From positions 235,666-299,665 of the forward strand of contig JAHDYR010000062.1 in assembly GCA_019828565.1 (NCBI GenBank): a stretch of 64,000 nucleotides of DNA, given 5' to 3'. This DNA is from Carpediemonas membranifera BICM. Its lineage: Eukaryota > Protista > Fornicata. The position numbers and the translations under genes are program-made. This document shows, in pieces, positions 55,075 through 64,000 of the stretch. Within the stretch, counting starts at the first letter, position 1. Each line of letters opens with the position of its first letter. Under the pieces are notes generated by a model. That model was not told the DNA's origin. It saw nothing but the letters and a program-made list of their open reading frames with translations, and did not search any database.

Positions 55075-56307
55075 ATGTCGGACGTTAGTGCACAGATTAC
55101 GCAGATGTTGGCACTACTTGACGATGAGAAGGCCCGAACGGCCTTCAAACGGTTCCTCAACCGTTATCTCGATCGCGAGCGCTTCTTCCCTACGGTCAGC
55201 GAATACCACGCTTTGTTCCGCGCCGACACTGCCCGTGGCGCGAGTGTTGCACCCGCTGCCTCTACTGAGGGTCTTGAAAGCGCTCCCGAGGCCTCTCGCT
55301 CGCCTACGCCTTCTCCCAGTAACGACGCCGGCACGGGAGGCGACGACGTGCTTGGCGAGAGCTCTCGGCCCACCCATCAGGATAGTTCGGGCGAGATTGA
55401 GGCTGTGCCGAGCGATGATGACTCCCGACCGACGGGTGGTGACAACTCGGGTTCGGACCAGGAAACGACTGCGCACTTCTCACTGGAGGAGATGATCACG
55501 GCTGTTGCTGATGCTGGCCTGAGCTACATCACCTTGGACGTCGCTGGCACCCTGGCCGCGCTCCGTGCCGGTATGCTCTACGCATACGGGCACCTCACGG
55601 TGACCGAAACCTCTTCGGTCGTGGCCCGTGACATCTGTCGCGACGGTCTCGTGCTGTTAGCTCTATCACGTGAGTACCACACCCGGGCTGTGCTGGGTCG
55701 AACCGGTGATCCGACCGATCAAGATCTGGTGACTTTGCACCTCAGACGGCTCGACGTGAACTCGCGCACGCTCTGTCATCAGGAGCTGCGTGAGCGGATT
55801 CAGCTTCTCTCGGGACGAGGTTATACGGTCATGACACCTCACCTGCGCCGGGCCATCATGTTGGGTAATGACCCCGACCTGTATGACATGATGATCGTTG
55901 GTCACGCTCAGGGCATTCTTGACTCTGCCGACGTGCGGGAGTTCAGTCGCCAATACATCGAGGCGATCCGGACCCCCACCGGCTTCGGTCATGTGCGTCA
56001 TTCCCTGATGGACAATTTCCAGTTCGTCATCGACGGTGATAATGTTCTTCCGGTCGCGCTCGACTATAACGAGCCACGCCGCTTATACGAGTTGACGGCG
56101 ATCGTTGGCTACCGCTTGCATGAGGGCTCCCTTCGTCTGCTCGTGCACTACGCTCGGCGCGAGTACAGCTCGATTGTCAAGGCGACCGAGACTATCCGTG
56201 ACAGTCAGGCTGGGGTCAAGTTCTTCGCTGCTCATCCCGAGTTGGTTCGATACTGCACCCGGTCTGAGGACGCGAAGGGTGCTCTCTGCGGTGGTGTTTT
56301 GGAATAA
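55075..56307 (+). CDS. Antisense accessory protein (410 aa) with chromo-shadow-like C-terminus
   Basis: Intact ORF inside the LTR-bounded element; its stop is 33 bp from the pol stop. Confidence 0.88.
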   Translation: MSDVSAQITQMLALLDDEKARTAFKRFLNRYLDRERFFPTVSEYHALFRADTARGASVAPAASTEGLESAPEASRSPTPSPSNDAGTGGDDVLGESSRPTHQDSSGEIEAVPSDDDSRPTGGDNSGSDQETTAHFSLEEMITAVADAGLSYITLDVAGTLAALRAGMLYAYGHLTVTETSSVVARDICRDGLVLLALSREYHTRAVLGRTGDPTDQDLVTLHLRRLDVNSRTLCHQELRERIQLLSGRGYTVMTPHLRRAIMLGNDPDLYDMMIVGHAQGILDSADVREFSRQYIEAIRTPTGFGHVRHSLMDNFQFVIDGDNVLPVALDYNEPRRLYELTAIVGYRLHEGSLRLLVHYARREYSSIVKATETIRDSQAGVKFFAAHPELVRYCTRSEDAKGALCGGVLE

Positions 56308-56340
56308 GATAAATGTCTGAACTGAGGCTCTGCTGAAGAT

Positions 56341-59300
56341 TTACAGACCGGCTTGCCTAGCCTCGTCTGACTTCAGGTATACGTCTAGTGCCTCAAGGTC
56401 CTTAACTGACGAATAGTCTTGCCAGGTGGCCTCTTCGTCCTCACACCCGGCCCAGTGGACGAGGTATTCCCGTTTGGACATCGGGCCTCGACCCCGAGAT
56501 CGGCTGATTCGCTCGACTTCCCACTCGTCGTCAGCCGTTGCTGCGAGTGCTTTGATCTGGTCCTCTGTCAGTCTGCCTGGATTGAACTTCCGAACTCTCG
56601 ATGCGTCTACCGTGATCGCTTTCGAGTTGTCCTTCTCGGACAGGTCTAGGACCTTATACGCGACAACGACACCGTGTTGTTTCACTCCGGCGAGCCTTCG
56701 CATTGGTCCTCTCCATCCAGGTGACAACTTGTTCGGAGGTCTAGAGGGGTACTTGACCAGGACGAATCTGCTAATGATCTCGTTTCTCGATGCGGTGGCC
56801 TTGGCGAGTGCGTCCTCTCTCATTGCTTGAACTCGGCTGCTGGCGAGCTGGATAGCTGCTGCGGCCGCCTCTCTGTGGGACTCGCTCGCGCTCGCGGTAC
56901 TGGAATCGGTCACATACACGTTCTGTGGTATCCTCAGGTCGTATCCGAGTACTATCTCGGCTGGAGACAGACGTGTTGCCGTGCGCGGTGATGAATTGAC
57001 GATGAACTGGGCGACAGGTAAATTCTCGATCCAGGTTGACCCTCTGAGCTGGAACTTGCGTGCCTTAAGGATGCGTAGCACCTGCTGGTTGGCGCGCTCT
57101 ACCATCCCATTGGATTGCGGGTGGTGAGCCGTGGTAATATGGATCTTGAACCCCATCTCATCTGCGATGCGCTTGAAGAGTTGGTTCTTGAACTCTGGTC
57201 CTCCGTCGGATTGGAGAACCTCAGGGCACCCGAAACGCAATATCCAGTTGTTGACCAGGGCGTCCGCTGCTGCCGCGCCGGTGGTACTCGAAGATGCGAC
57301 TAGCTCAGTCCACCGACTGCACATGTCGATCATGACTGTGATGTAAGCCTTGCCGTCGACGGAGGGGAAAGGCCCCATCGTGTCAACTGCCACCCTACGG
57401 AACGGGCGATCTACGGCTGTGTGCAATCCTGACGGGCTGTCAACCGGAGGGCGTCTAATCACCTGGCACACCGGGCAGTTTTCGATGACCTTGCTGACAG
57501 TCTCACGCGACACTGACTTGCCTTGGTCTTTGAGTCGTTCAGTAACTACACGTCGGGAGAGGTGGGCCCCGGCGGTGAGGTGTTCTGCTTCAACGTCATC
57601 TTCTGATGCGGACTGCATAGCGTACACTCGCGATAAGCCGTCAGCCCCACCGTTATCGAGGCCGGCTACGTGCTTGACGTCGAAGTCCATGTCGGACATA
57701 GCCTCAGCCCATCTGCGGACCTTGGCGTTAGTCGACTTGTACATGTAAATTAGGTTGCGATGGTCCGTGAGAAGGGTGAACTTTCCCCAGGAGAGGTACT
57801 TGTTCCATCGCTTAATGGCGGCGACGATGGCGAATGCCTCCTTCTCTCCGACCGACCATCGCGATTGCACTTGGTCAAAGGCCTTGCTCATAAAGCACAC
57901 GGGTTGGCCTTCCTGCAATAGCACAGCGCCGTAGCCTACTCCTGATGCATCGGTCATGATGGTGTGCTCCTTGGACGCATCGAAGATGGCGAGTGCTTCT
58001 GCTTGGGCGAGCAGTGTCTTGACTTTGCGTAATGCTTGCTCTTGCTCGTCGCCTCCCAGCGGGATCTTGGCGGCCATCGCTTGTGTCAAGGGGTGAACGA
58101 CTTCTGCGAACCCGGGGACGTGGTCCCGGAAGTAGTTGAGGAACCCGACGAGCGCTTGCATTCCTTTGACTGATTTGGGCATTTCGAGATCGAGGATGTC
58201 TTGAATGCGGTCTGCTGCGATGCGTTGACAACCATGGGATATGACCCTGCCCAGGAACTCGACCTCGGCCCTCGAAAACTGGCATTTGTCACGGTTGAGC
58301 TGTAACTTGACCTGTCGGGTGCGCTGCAGAACGCTCTCGAGGTTTCTGAGGTAGTCTTCCTCGTCTTCCCCGAAGACGATGATATCGTCGATATATATGT
58401 AACACGCGTGACCGACCAGTTCGGCGAACGCTGACTCCATGGCGCGCTGGAAGTGGGCACCCGCGTTCCTCAGCCCGAACGGCATTCTGGTATATTGGTA
58501 TTGACCGAGGATGGTAGTGAATGCGGTGTACTTCCTGCAGCGTTTGGTCAGCTCGACCTGGTGATACCCAGATGACAGATCTAATGTGGCGAAGATCTTC
58601 TTGTTCGGTAGTTGGGCGATCACCTCGTCGATCATCGGAATCGGGTAGTCGAAGGTGGGGGTGATCTCATTGATCTGCCGGAAATCCACCACGAAGCGCG
58701 ACTTCCCGCCCTTCTTCGGCACCGTCATGGCTGGGGATGCGTATGGAGAGTTGCTCTTCTCAATAAAACCCTTAAGGGACAGCTCGTCAATGTGCTCCCG
58801 TATAATGTCTACCTTGGCTGGCGGGACGAAGTATGGTCTAGCGTTGACTACACGGTCTTCGCGCAGTATGAGGTCGTAAGGCTCAAGGCGGCTAGGTTCG
58901 CTACGGTCCTCGAACACGTCGCTATAACGTCTGATGAGCTCGGCCTGCCGGTCGATGCTGGTCTGTGACATGGTGAAGAGTGGAGCCTGGTACTTGTACA
59001 CGTCTGGAATCTCGACCTCGTCATCGTCACGCTCGTCGGCGTATGCCTGGGGAAGGATTCCCAACGACACCATGTCGGGGTAGCCGATAATCATGTCGAA
59101 TTCCGTGTCGAGGAGCAGCATACGTGGCTTGTAGCTGCACGCCTTGGGTGTAAACGCCGAAGGTAACAGTCTCACGTCCCCCTCGACTGCGCCTTGTGCA
59201 TGGAGGATCCCCTTGTTGGCGGTACGTATCGGAATAATCTCAGAGCTAACTCTGGGCAGCTTGGACGCCCACGTGCTCTTAATAACGGTGACTCCGGCGC

Positions 59301-60270
59301 CTGAATCAAGGAGAGCGGAGAGACTATGGCCATTGATCTGGACTTTGATCAGCGGCACGGACGACTTGGACTCAGTCTTCCCAGTAGACTGAGATGACTC
59401 GTTCTTAGACTTGTCGGAACTCAAAACACACAAGCACTTGGAGGATTTACAGTAATCCTCCAGGTGGCCGAGACGGCCACACTTCTTGCAGGTGTGTTTG
59501 GCCTTCTTGCACTTAAACACGGAATGGCCTCTTCCCCCGCAGTTGTAGCAGGTGTAACCCGAGTAGTCTTTTGCGGGTCTCTCCTTTTTGATCGTCTTGG
59601 GCTTGAGATCCTTCTCAGAGGAGGGCTTCTTCGGGGTGAAGGGAGCGTCGTGTCTGCGCTCTTGACGAGATGAGGCGGTTTGACGAGAGGGAGCGTCCTC
59701 GAACGCGCTCAGCAGGTTGCGCGACTCTTGGACTTCACGTGCTAGGGCTAGGACCGCGGGCATGGCCTTCTCCAGAGGCTGATCCTCGATGAGCTCTTGA
59801 ATGCGGTACATGGCCTTGGGGTTACTCTTGAAGGCACGAGTATACGTCTCTTTGAGGTTGTCCTCGTTGAGCGACTTCCCATCGAAGAGGGACAGGAGGA
59901 GGGTGAACTTCCGGTTGATACGTGCTACCTGCACCGTGTCGAAACTGTTGGCGCGCAGGCGGAAGAGCTGGAGGCGTGAAGTCTTCGCGCGCGGTTGAAG
60001 GGCTTGGCCGAGCCGCTTGAGGGTCCTTTGATCCTTGAGATCGCGAATGTTCTTCTTTGAGGCTATAAGAGGGGTATGCTCGTCGCTATCGTCAGGATCA
60101 GTGTCCAGAATGGTCGTAATGAGGTCTTGAACCGCGCTATCGATGAGATCGGTGATATCTCGATGGCCTCCATAGGCCCGATAGTCTCGGAAGGCCTCGG
60201 CGAATGCGATCAGTGCCTCTACTGAAGGAATTGTTAGTAGAGGCGGGATTAAGCGTTTCTTATCGTTCAT
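56341..60270 (-). CDS. Single-ORF Gag-PR-RT-RH-IN-chromodomain polyprotein (1309 aa)
   Basis: Two CCHC knuckles, LLDSGA, YIDD, TDAS, HHCC/DDE, chromodomain; first ATG after the LTR is at 60270. Confidence 0.97.
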   Translation of the reverse strand: MNDKKRLIPPLLTIPSVEALIAFAEAFRDYRAYGGHRDITDLIDSAVQDLITTILDTDPDDSDEHTPLIASKKNIRDLKDQRTLKRLGQALQPRAKTSRLQLFRLRANSFDTVQVARINRKFTLLLSLFDGKSLNEDNLKETYTRAFKSNPKAMYRIQELIEDQPLEKAMPAVLALAREVQESRNLLSAFEDAPSRQTASSRQERRHDAPFTPKKPSSEKDLKPKTIKKERPAKDYSGYTCYNCGGRGHSVFKCKKAKHTCKKCGRLGHLEDYCKSSKCLCVLSSDKSKNESSQSTGKTESKSSVPLIKVQINGHSLSALLDSGAGVTVIKSTWASKLPRVSSEIIPIRTANKGILHAQGAVEGDVRLLPSAFTPKACSYKPRMLLLDTEFDMIIGYPDMVSLGILPQAYADERDDDEVEIPDVYKYQAPLFTMSQTSIDRQAELIRRYSDVFEDRSEPSRLEPYDLILREDRVVNARPYFVPPAKVDIIREHIDELSLKGFIEKSNSPYASPAMTVPKKGGKSRFVVDFRQINEITPTFDYPIPMIDEVIAQLPNKKIFATLDLSSGYHQVELTKRCRKYTAFTTILGQYQYTRMPFGLRNAGAHFQRAMESAFAELVGHACYIYIDDIIVFGEDEEDYLRNLESVLQRTRQVKLQLNRDKCQFSRAEVEFLGRVISHGCQRIAADRIQDILDLEMPKSVKGMQALVGFLNYFRDHVPGFAEVVHPLTQAMAAKIPLGGDEQEQALRKVKTLLAQAEALAIFDASKEHTIMTDASGVGYGAVLLQEGQPVCFMSKAFDQVQSRWSVGEKEAFAIVAAIKRWNKYLSWGKFTLLTDHRNLIYMYKSTNAKVRRWAEAMSDMDFDVKHVAGLDNGGADGLSRVYAMQSASEDDVEAEHLTAGAHLSRRVVTERLKDQGKSVSRETVSKVIENCPVCQVIRRPPVDSPSGLHTAVDRPFRRVAVDTMGPFPSVDGKAYITVMIDMCSRWTELVASSSTTGAAAADALVNNWILRFGCPEVLQSDGGPEFKNQLFKRIADEMGFKIHITTAHHPQSNGMVERANQQVLRILKARKFQLRGSTWIENLPVAQFIVNSSPRTATRLSPAEIVLGYDLRIPQNVYVTDSSTASASESHREAAAAAIQLASSRVQAMREDALAKATASRNEIISRFVLVKYPSRPPNKLSPGWRGPMRRLAGVKQHGVVVAYKVLDLSEKDNSKAITVDASRVRKFNPGRLTEDQIKALAATADDEWEVERISRSRGRGPMSKREYLVHWAGCEDEEATWQDYSSVKDLEALDVYLKSDEARQAGL

Positions 60271-61061
60271 GGAAGGAATTTCTAGAAATGTAGTCCGTTT
60301 AGGACAAGAACACTTTATGAGGAAAAGAGACGACACCAAAAGTGTCGACAGAAACCTGAAGACTATGTAAATAATGTTACTATGTAAATATTGGGTAAGA
60401 CCCACGACAAAGTAGCAGCATACGTGGCTTGTAGGAGCACGCCTTGGGTGTAAACGCTGACGCTAGCAGTCTTACGTCGCCTTCAACAGCGCCTTGCGCG
60501 TGAAGAATACCCTTGTTGGCGGTACGGATCGGAATAACCTCGGAGCTAACTTTTGTCAGCTTGGACGCCCACGTGCTCTTGATGATCGTGACTCCGGCAC
60601 CTGAATCAAGTAGAGCAGTGAGGTTGTGACCATTAATCTGGACTTTGATCAAGGGAACAGATGGCTTAGTCTCGGTCTCGCCCTTAGTCTTTGACGGTTC
60701 GCCCTCGGCCGGTGACTCCTTGGAACTTAAAACACACACGCACTTGGAGGATTTACAGTAATCCTCCAGGTGGCCGACACGACCACACTTCTTACATGTG
60801 TGCTTGGGCTTCTTACACTTGAACACCGAGTGACCCTTGCCACCGCAGTTATAGCAGGTGTAGTTAGAGTAGTCCTTTGCCGGCTTCTCCTTCTTGATTG
60901 CCTTGTGGCCCTTGTTGGTTTCAGCCGACCGGTTATCGGACGAGGGCTTCTTCGGGATCACAGACGAGTCGTGTCTGCGGTCATGGCGGGACGTGTAGGG
61001 TTGACGAGAGGGAGCGTCTTCGAAAGCGCTTAGTAGATCCCGTGACTCTTGGACTTCACGT

Positions 61062-64000
61062 TGTCACGGGGCTACTCATATATTTATGGTCTACGTACCA
61101 TTCTTTGTAAATCACACACTCGTCAATCGTTTTGCCCTTAACTGGGTCAAAGTAATTACTTCCCGACTAAGATGGTAACGTTCGATCTAGAGATCAAAAT
61201 GCCGCGGTTTTCCGCGGCGAACATCACGATAGAAGGAGTGGAGAAGTTTGAGAGAGAAGTGCGTGTAGCGATCGCCTCCAAGCACGATTACCCGGTTGCT
61301 CTATTGCTGCCGAGCGGGCTAGCGAAGGAACTCGAGAGCTCCAAGCCCGGATTGACCGCCGAAACGGCCACAAAGGAGGAAGTCTTTGATTTTCTCCGAG
61401 AGCTCGCTGCCCCCAAGTCGCTTCAGCAGCTTAAGAAGCATCTCCGCTCCATCGACTGTCCCACAAAGGACACCAGTGGTTATCGCACTCATCTTGCCGC
61501 CGTGCGCGATTATACGGATCGATTCAAGAGAGCCGCCGACTACGCTCAGCGCGTGGCCTCGAAGGAGCGCAAGGACGGACACCGTCGCCTGTACGGCACC
61601 AAGAAGACTAAGGTTCCAGTCCTCTCGGAGGACGGCGCCTCAGCAACGGTCGTCGAAAAGGACGTCCCCTGGACCGCAGACGAAGTCGCGGCCAAGCGGG
61701 CCGAGGCCTTCGAAAAGACCGCATCCAAGATGTGCATGACGAGGCTTAATCCCCAGATATTGTACGAGCGAGTAGAGATGGAACGTTCTCTGCTCCGCCC
61801 TAGCAAGCTCATCGACCTAATCGAGCTCATCAAGCTCGAGGCCGAATGCCTTGACGACGAACCTCCTACTGAGGAGGTCACGGAAGGCAAGCGCAAGGCC
61901 CCAGTGGCCGACGCTCAACGTAACCTGCGGCACCCCCGTGGAGGCAGTGGCCAATCGGGTACCGCCCGTGTCGCTGAACCACAAGCCCAGACTCCCGCAG
62001 CCACGACGGCAACGCAGCCCAGCAAGCCGCGCAAGCCTTTCAGACCATGCAGGATCTGCCAGGGTAGCCACTATGACTGGGAGTGCCCCCAGAAGAAGGG
62101 TCGCCACGATCAGGGCGGGCTGCGCCCGCACCCGAAGAAGGTCGACCCCCGCTCGCGCGAGGCTAACTTGGCAGTCAGCGAAGAAGCCGTCGTCGTCCAG
62201 GCCATGATAAATGGCCATGAATACAACGTCTATGTCGACACTGGAGCATCGATCTCCTTCATTGGGAGCCAGGCTGTTTATGAGTTGATCCCAAAAGCCG
62301 ACACGAAGATCATCCAGCTCGATAGCGAGTTAATGGTGAGAACAGCTAATGCTACAGTCCGGTGCTCTAGTGCCGTGAGAATGCAGCTGTGTATACCGTC
62401 CATCAGCGACTGGCCAGTAGAGTTCACAACTTTGTTCGTCATTCTCCCGGGCCTAAAGGATAAGGTCATCATGGGATGCAGCACGCTCCGAGAACTGGGA
62501 CTCCTGAACGACGAAGAACTCCATATCAGATTTAAGCAGCCCGAAGAGGCAGAGAACGATACGGCCACGGAGCCCTTCACTCCAGAGTACATGGCCGCAC
62601 TAGCAACGTCTGACAAGAGCGAACTGGAGAAGATCACGCTCGTTGATGACGACGATGGGCGAATCAAAGCGCTGTGCGAAGAGTTCAGCGAGATCTTCGA
62701 CAGAGAGCTGCCCAGAGAAGGCAGCGCCCTGCCAAGAGCACGAGTACCGCTCGACGAGTCGGTGCCGTTCCACCGACACCTCAAAGCACGGCCCCTGAAG
62801 CCGGGTGTGAGAGAGCGGGTCCAAGAGGAACTAAGAAGTCTCGAGAGCAAGGGCCTGATCCAAGACGCCTCGGGGCCGTATGCCTCTCCGGTGGTAGCAG
62901 TCCTCACAGGACATAAGGGCTCGTCCAAGCTACGTCTGTGTGGAGACTACTCGGAGATTAACAAGGCGACGGTCCGCGACCGATATCCGCTCCCCGACAT
63001 CCGTTCCTTCATCACAGAAGCAGCAGGATCCACAAGATTCGGTTGCATGGACCTCAGAGAGGGGTATCACCAGATACTGATGGAGCCAGAGGACATACCG
63101 AAGACGGCTATCATCACACCAGATGGCTACAAGGAGTACACCCGCCTGCCCTTCGGCCTCACCAACGCGCCCGCACATTTCCAGAGAGCCATGGATTCTG
63201 CCTTTGCTCCACTGAGACAGCGGGGCGTGAGTGCCTATCTCGACGACATTCGAGTACACGCAGGGTCGACAGACGAGTTCATCGAGCGTCTTCGGGCGTC
63301 CTTCGAGACTTGTCGTCAATATAGACTCCGACTGAAAGCCGAGAAGTGCATCTTCGGGGCCCGGTCCGTTGAGATTGTGGGCTATATATGCGACAAGGAT
63401 GGATACAGACTGTCTCACCAACGTGTAGAAGCAGTTAAGAACATCAGACGTCCCAGAACACTGAAAGAGCTGCAGACAACGCTCGGATCGTTTAACTACG
63501 TCTCAAAGTTTGTGCACGACTCCTCTCGGATGCTTCGACCACTTCAGAACCTTAAGAAAGGTGGCAATAGGGACATTGAAGGTCGCTGGGATGCACGCTG
63601 CCAAGAAGCGTTCGACAACTTCAAGGAGAAGCTCTCGGCGACAACAAGCTTAGCCTTCCCGGACCTGACCAAGAAGTGGACGCTTCACACCGACGCCTCC
63701 AACGAAGGGTTCGGAGGTATGCTCACACAACGATCAGAGGACGGAGCCGAAGAGCTCGTCAGCCTCTTCTCGGGCACATTTACCGAGACGCAAAGCAGAT
63801 GGAGCACATATGAGCAGGAGCTCTACGCTATCCTGTACGCCGTGACGCGCCCGGACCTGACGGCCCTGTTCAAGATCCATCCGCACTTTAAGGTCATGTC
63901 GGATCACCGCAACCTAGTTTACCTCAATAACAAGAAGTATGTGAACGACAAGATCCTAAGGTGGTCCTTGATACTTTCGGATTACCATTTTACCGTTTCA
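61062..64000 (+). mobile_element. Further Ty3/Gypsy element (LTR ~61062-61149), running off the window
   Basis: Begins TGTCAC exactly where homology to the host gag stops; LTR end tentative. Confidence 0.88.
61172..64000 (+). CDS. Gag-pol polyprotein (partial; absent from the ORF track, presumably because it has no stop in the window)
   Basis: MVTFDLEIKMP...; CRICQGSHYDWEC and VDTGAS checked in frame with ATG 61172; then YASP, DLREGYHQ, LPFGL, YLDD, TDAS. Confidence 0.93.
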   Translation, partial: MVTFDLEIKMPRFSAANITIEGVEKFEREVRVAIASKHDYPVALLLPSGLAKELESSKPGLTAETATKEEVFDFLRELAAPKSLQQLKKHLRSIDCPTKDTSGYRTHLAAVRDYTDRFKRAADYAQRVASKERKDGHRRLYGTKKTKVPVLSEDGASATVVEKDVPWTADEVAAKRAEAFEKTASKMCMTRLNPQILYERVEMERSLLRPSKLIDLIELIKLEAECLDDEPPTEEVTEGKRKAPVADAQRNLRHPRGGSGQSGTARVAEPQAQTPAATTATQPSKPRKPFRPCRICQGSHYDWECPQKKGRHDQGGLRPHPKKVDPRSREANLAVSEEAVVVQAMINGHEYNVYVDTGASISFIGSQAVYELIPKADTKIIQLDSELMVRTANATVRCSSAVRMQLCIPSISDWPVEFTTLFVILPGLKDKVIMGCSTLRELGLLNDEELHIRFKQPEEAENDTATEPFTPEYMAALATSDKSELEKITLVDDDDGRIKALCEEFSEIFDRELPREGSALPRARVPLDESVPFHRHLKARPLKPGVRERVQEELRSLESKGLIQDASGPYASPVVAVLTGHKGSSKLRLCGDYSEINKATVRDRYPLPDIRSFITEAAGSTRFGCMDLREGYHQILMEPEDIPKTAIITPDGYKEYTRLPFGLTNAPAHFQRAMDSAFAPLRQRGVSAYLDDIRVHAGSTDEFIERLRASFETCRQYRLRLKAEKCIFGARSVEIVGYICDKDGYRLSHQRVEAVKNIRRPRTLKELQTTLGSFNYVSKFVHDSSRMLRPLQNLKKGGNRDIEGRWDARCQEAFDNFKEKLSATTSLAFPDLTKKWTLHTDASNEGFGGMLTQRSEDGAEELVSLFSGTFTETQSRWSTYEQELYAILYAVTRPDLTALFKIHPHFKVMSDHRNLVYLNNKKYVNDKILRWSLILSDYHFTVS

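Larger units (their letters stand above)
54301..60409 (-). mobile_element. Intact chromodomain Ty3/Gypsy element (6109 bp) with 121-bp LTRs
   Basis: LTRs 54301-54421 and 60289-60409 appear identical; TSD AAGT (54297-54300, 60410-60413); purine tract GAGGGGCGG before the 3' LTR. Confidence 0.97.
49634..61061 (-). mobile_element. Older chromodomain Gypsy copy (both LTRs absent), split by a younger copy of the same family
   Basis: 49634-54300 and 60414-61061 join in frame (..KPRMLL|LDTEFDMIIG..). Confidence 0.92.

Noticed and set aside
60271-60405. N-terminal extension of the 1354-aa ORF
   Set aside because: It is translation of the LTR; the same peptide appears at the other LTR copies. The likely start is ATG 60270.

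Overview
This 64 kb window is a eukaryotic (probably microbial-eukaryote) retroelement island with no recognisable host protein gene; elements are nested in one another. It holds: (i) two minus-strand APE-endonuclease non-LTR elements (<1-10140 and 12887-19227) plus a tiny third retroposed insert; (ii) a head-to-tail array of five CRE-like RLE non-LTR elements (10141-32184, one intact 1549-aa ORF); (iii) three families of tyrosine-recombinase (DIRS/PAT-like) retrotransposons, including two near-identical 3700-bp copies; (iv) at least five Ty3/Gypsy families, several with chromodomain integrases, very short LTRs (about 88-121 bp) and 4-bp TSDs; (v) two tRNA-derived fragments. Three signals stand out. 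First, a Maelstrom-like (DEDDh fold plus ECHC zinc motif) domain sits inside a LINE ORF1. Second, an antisense accessory gene with a chromo-shadow-like C-terminus is conserved across two Gypsy families and has its own conserved upstream motif. Third, four unrelated LTRs are each followed by a 12-14 bp AT-rich palindrome where a tRNA primer-binding site should be. All domain calls are by-eye motif matches, not database results. The first ~21 kb is indel-rich and may contain sequencing error.
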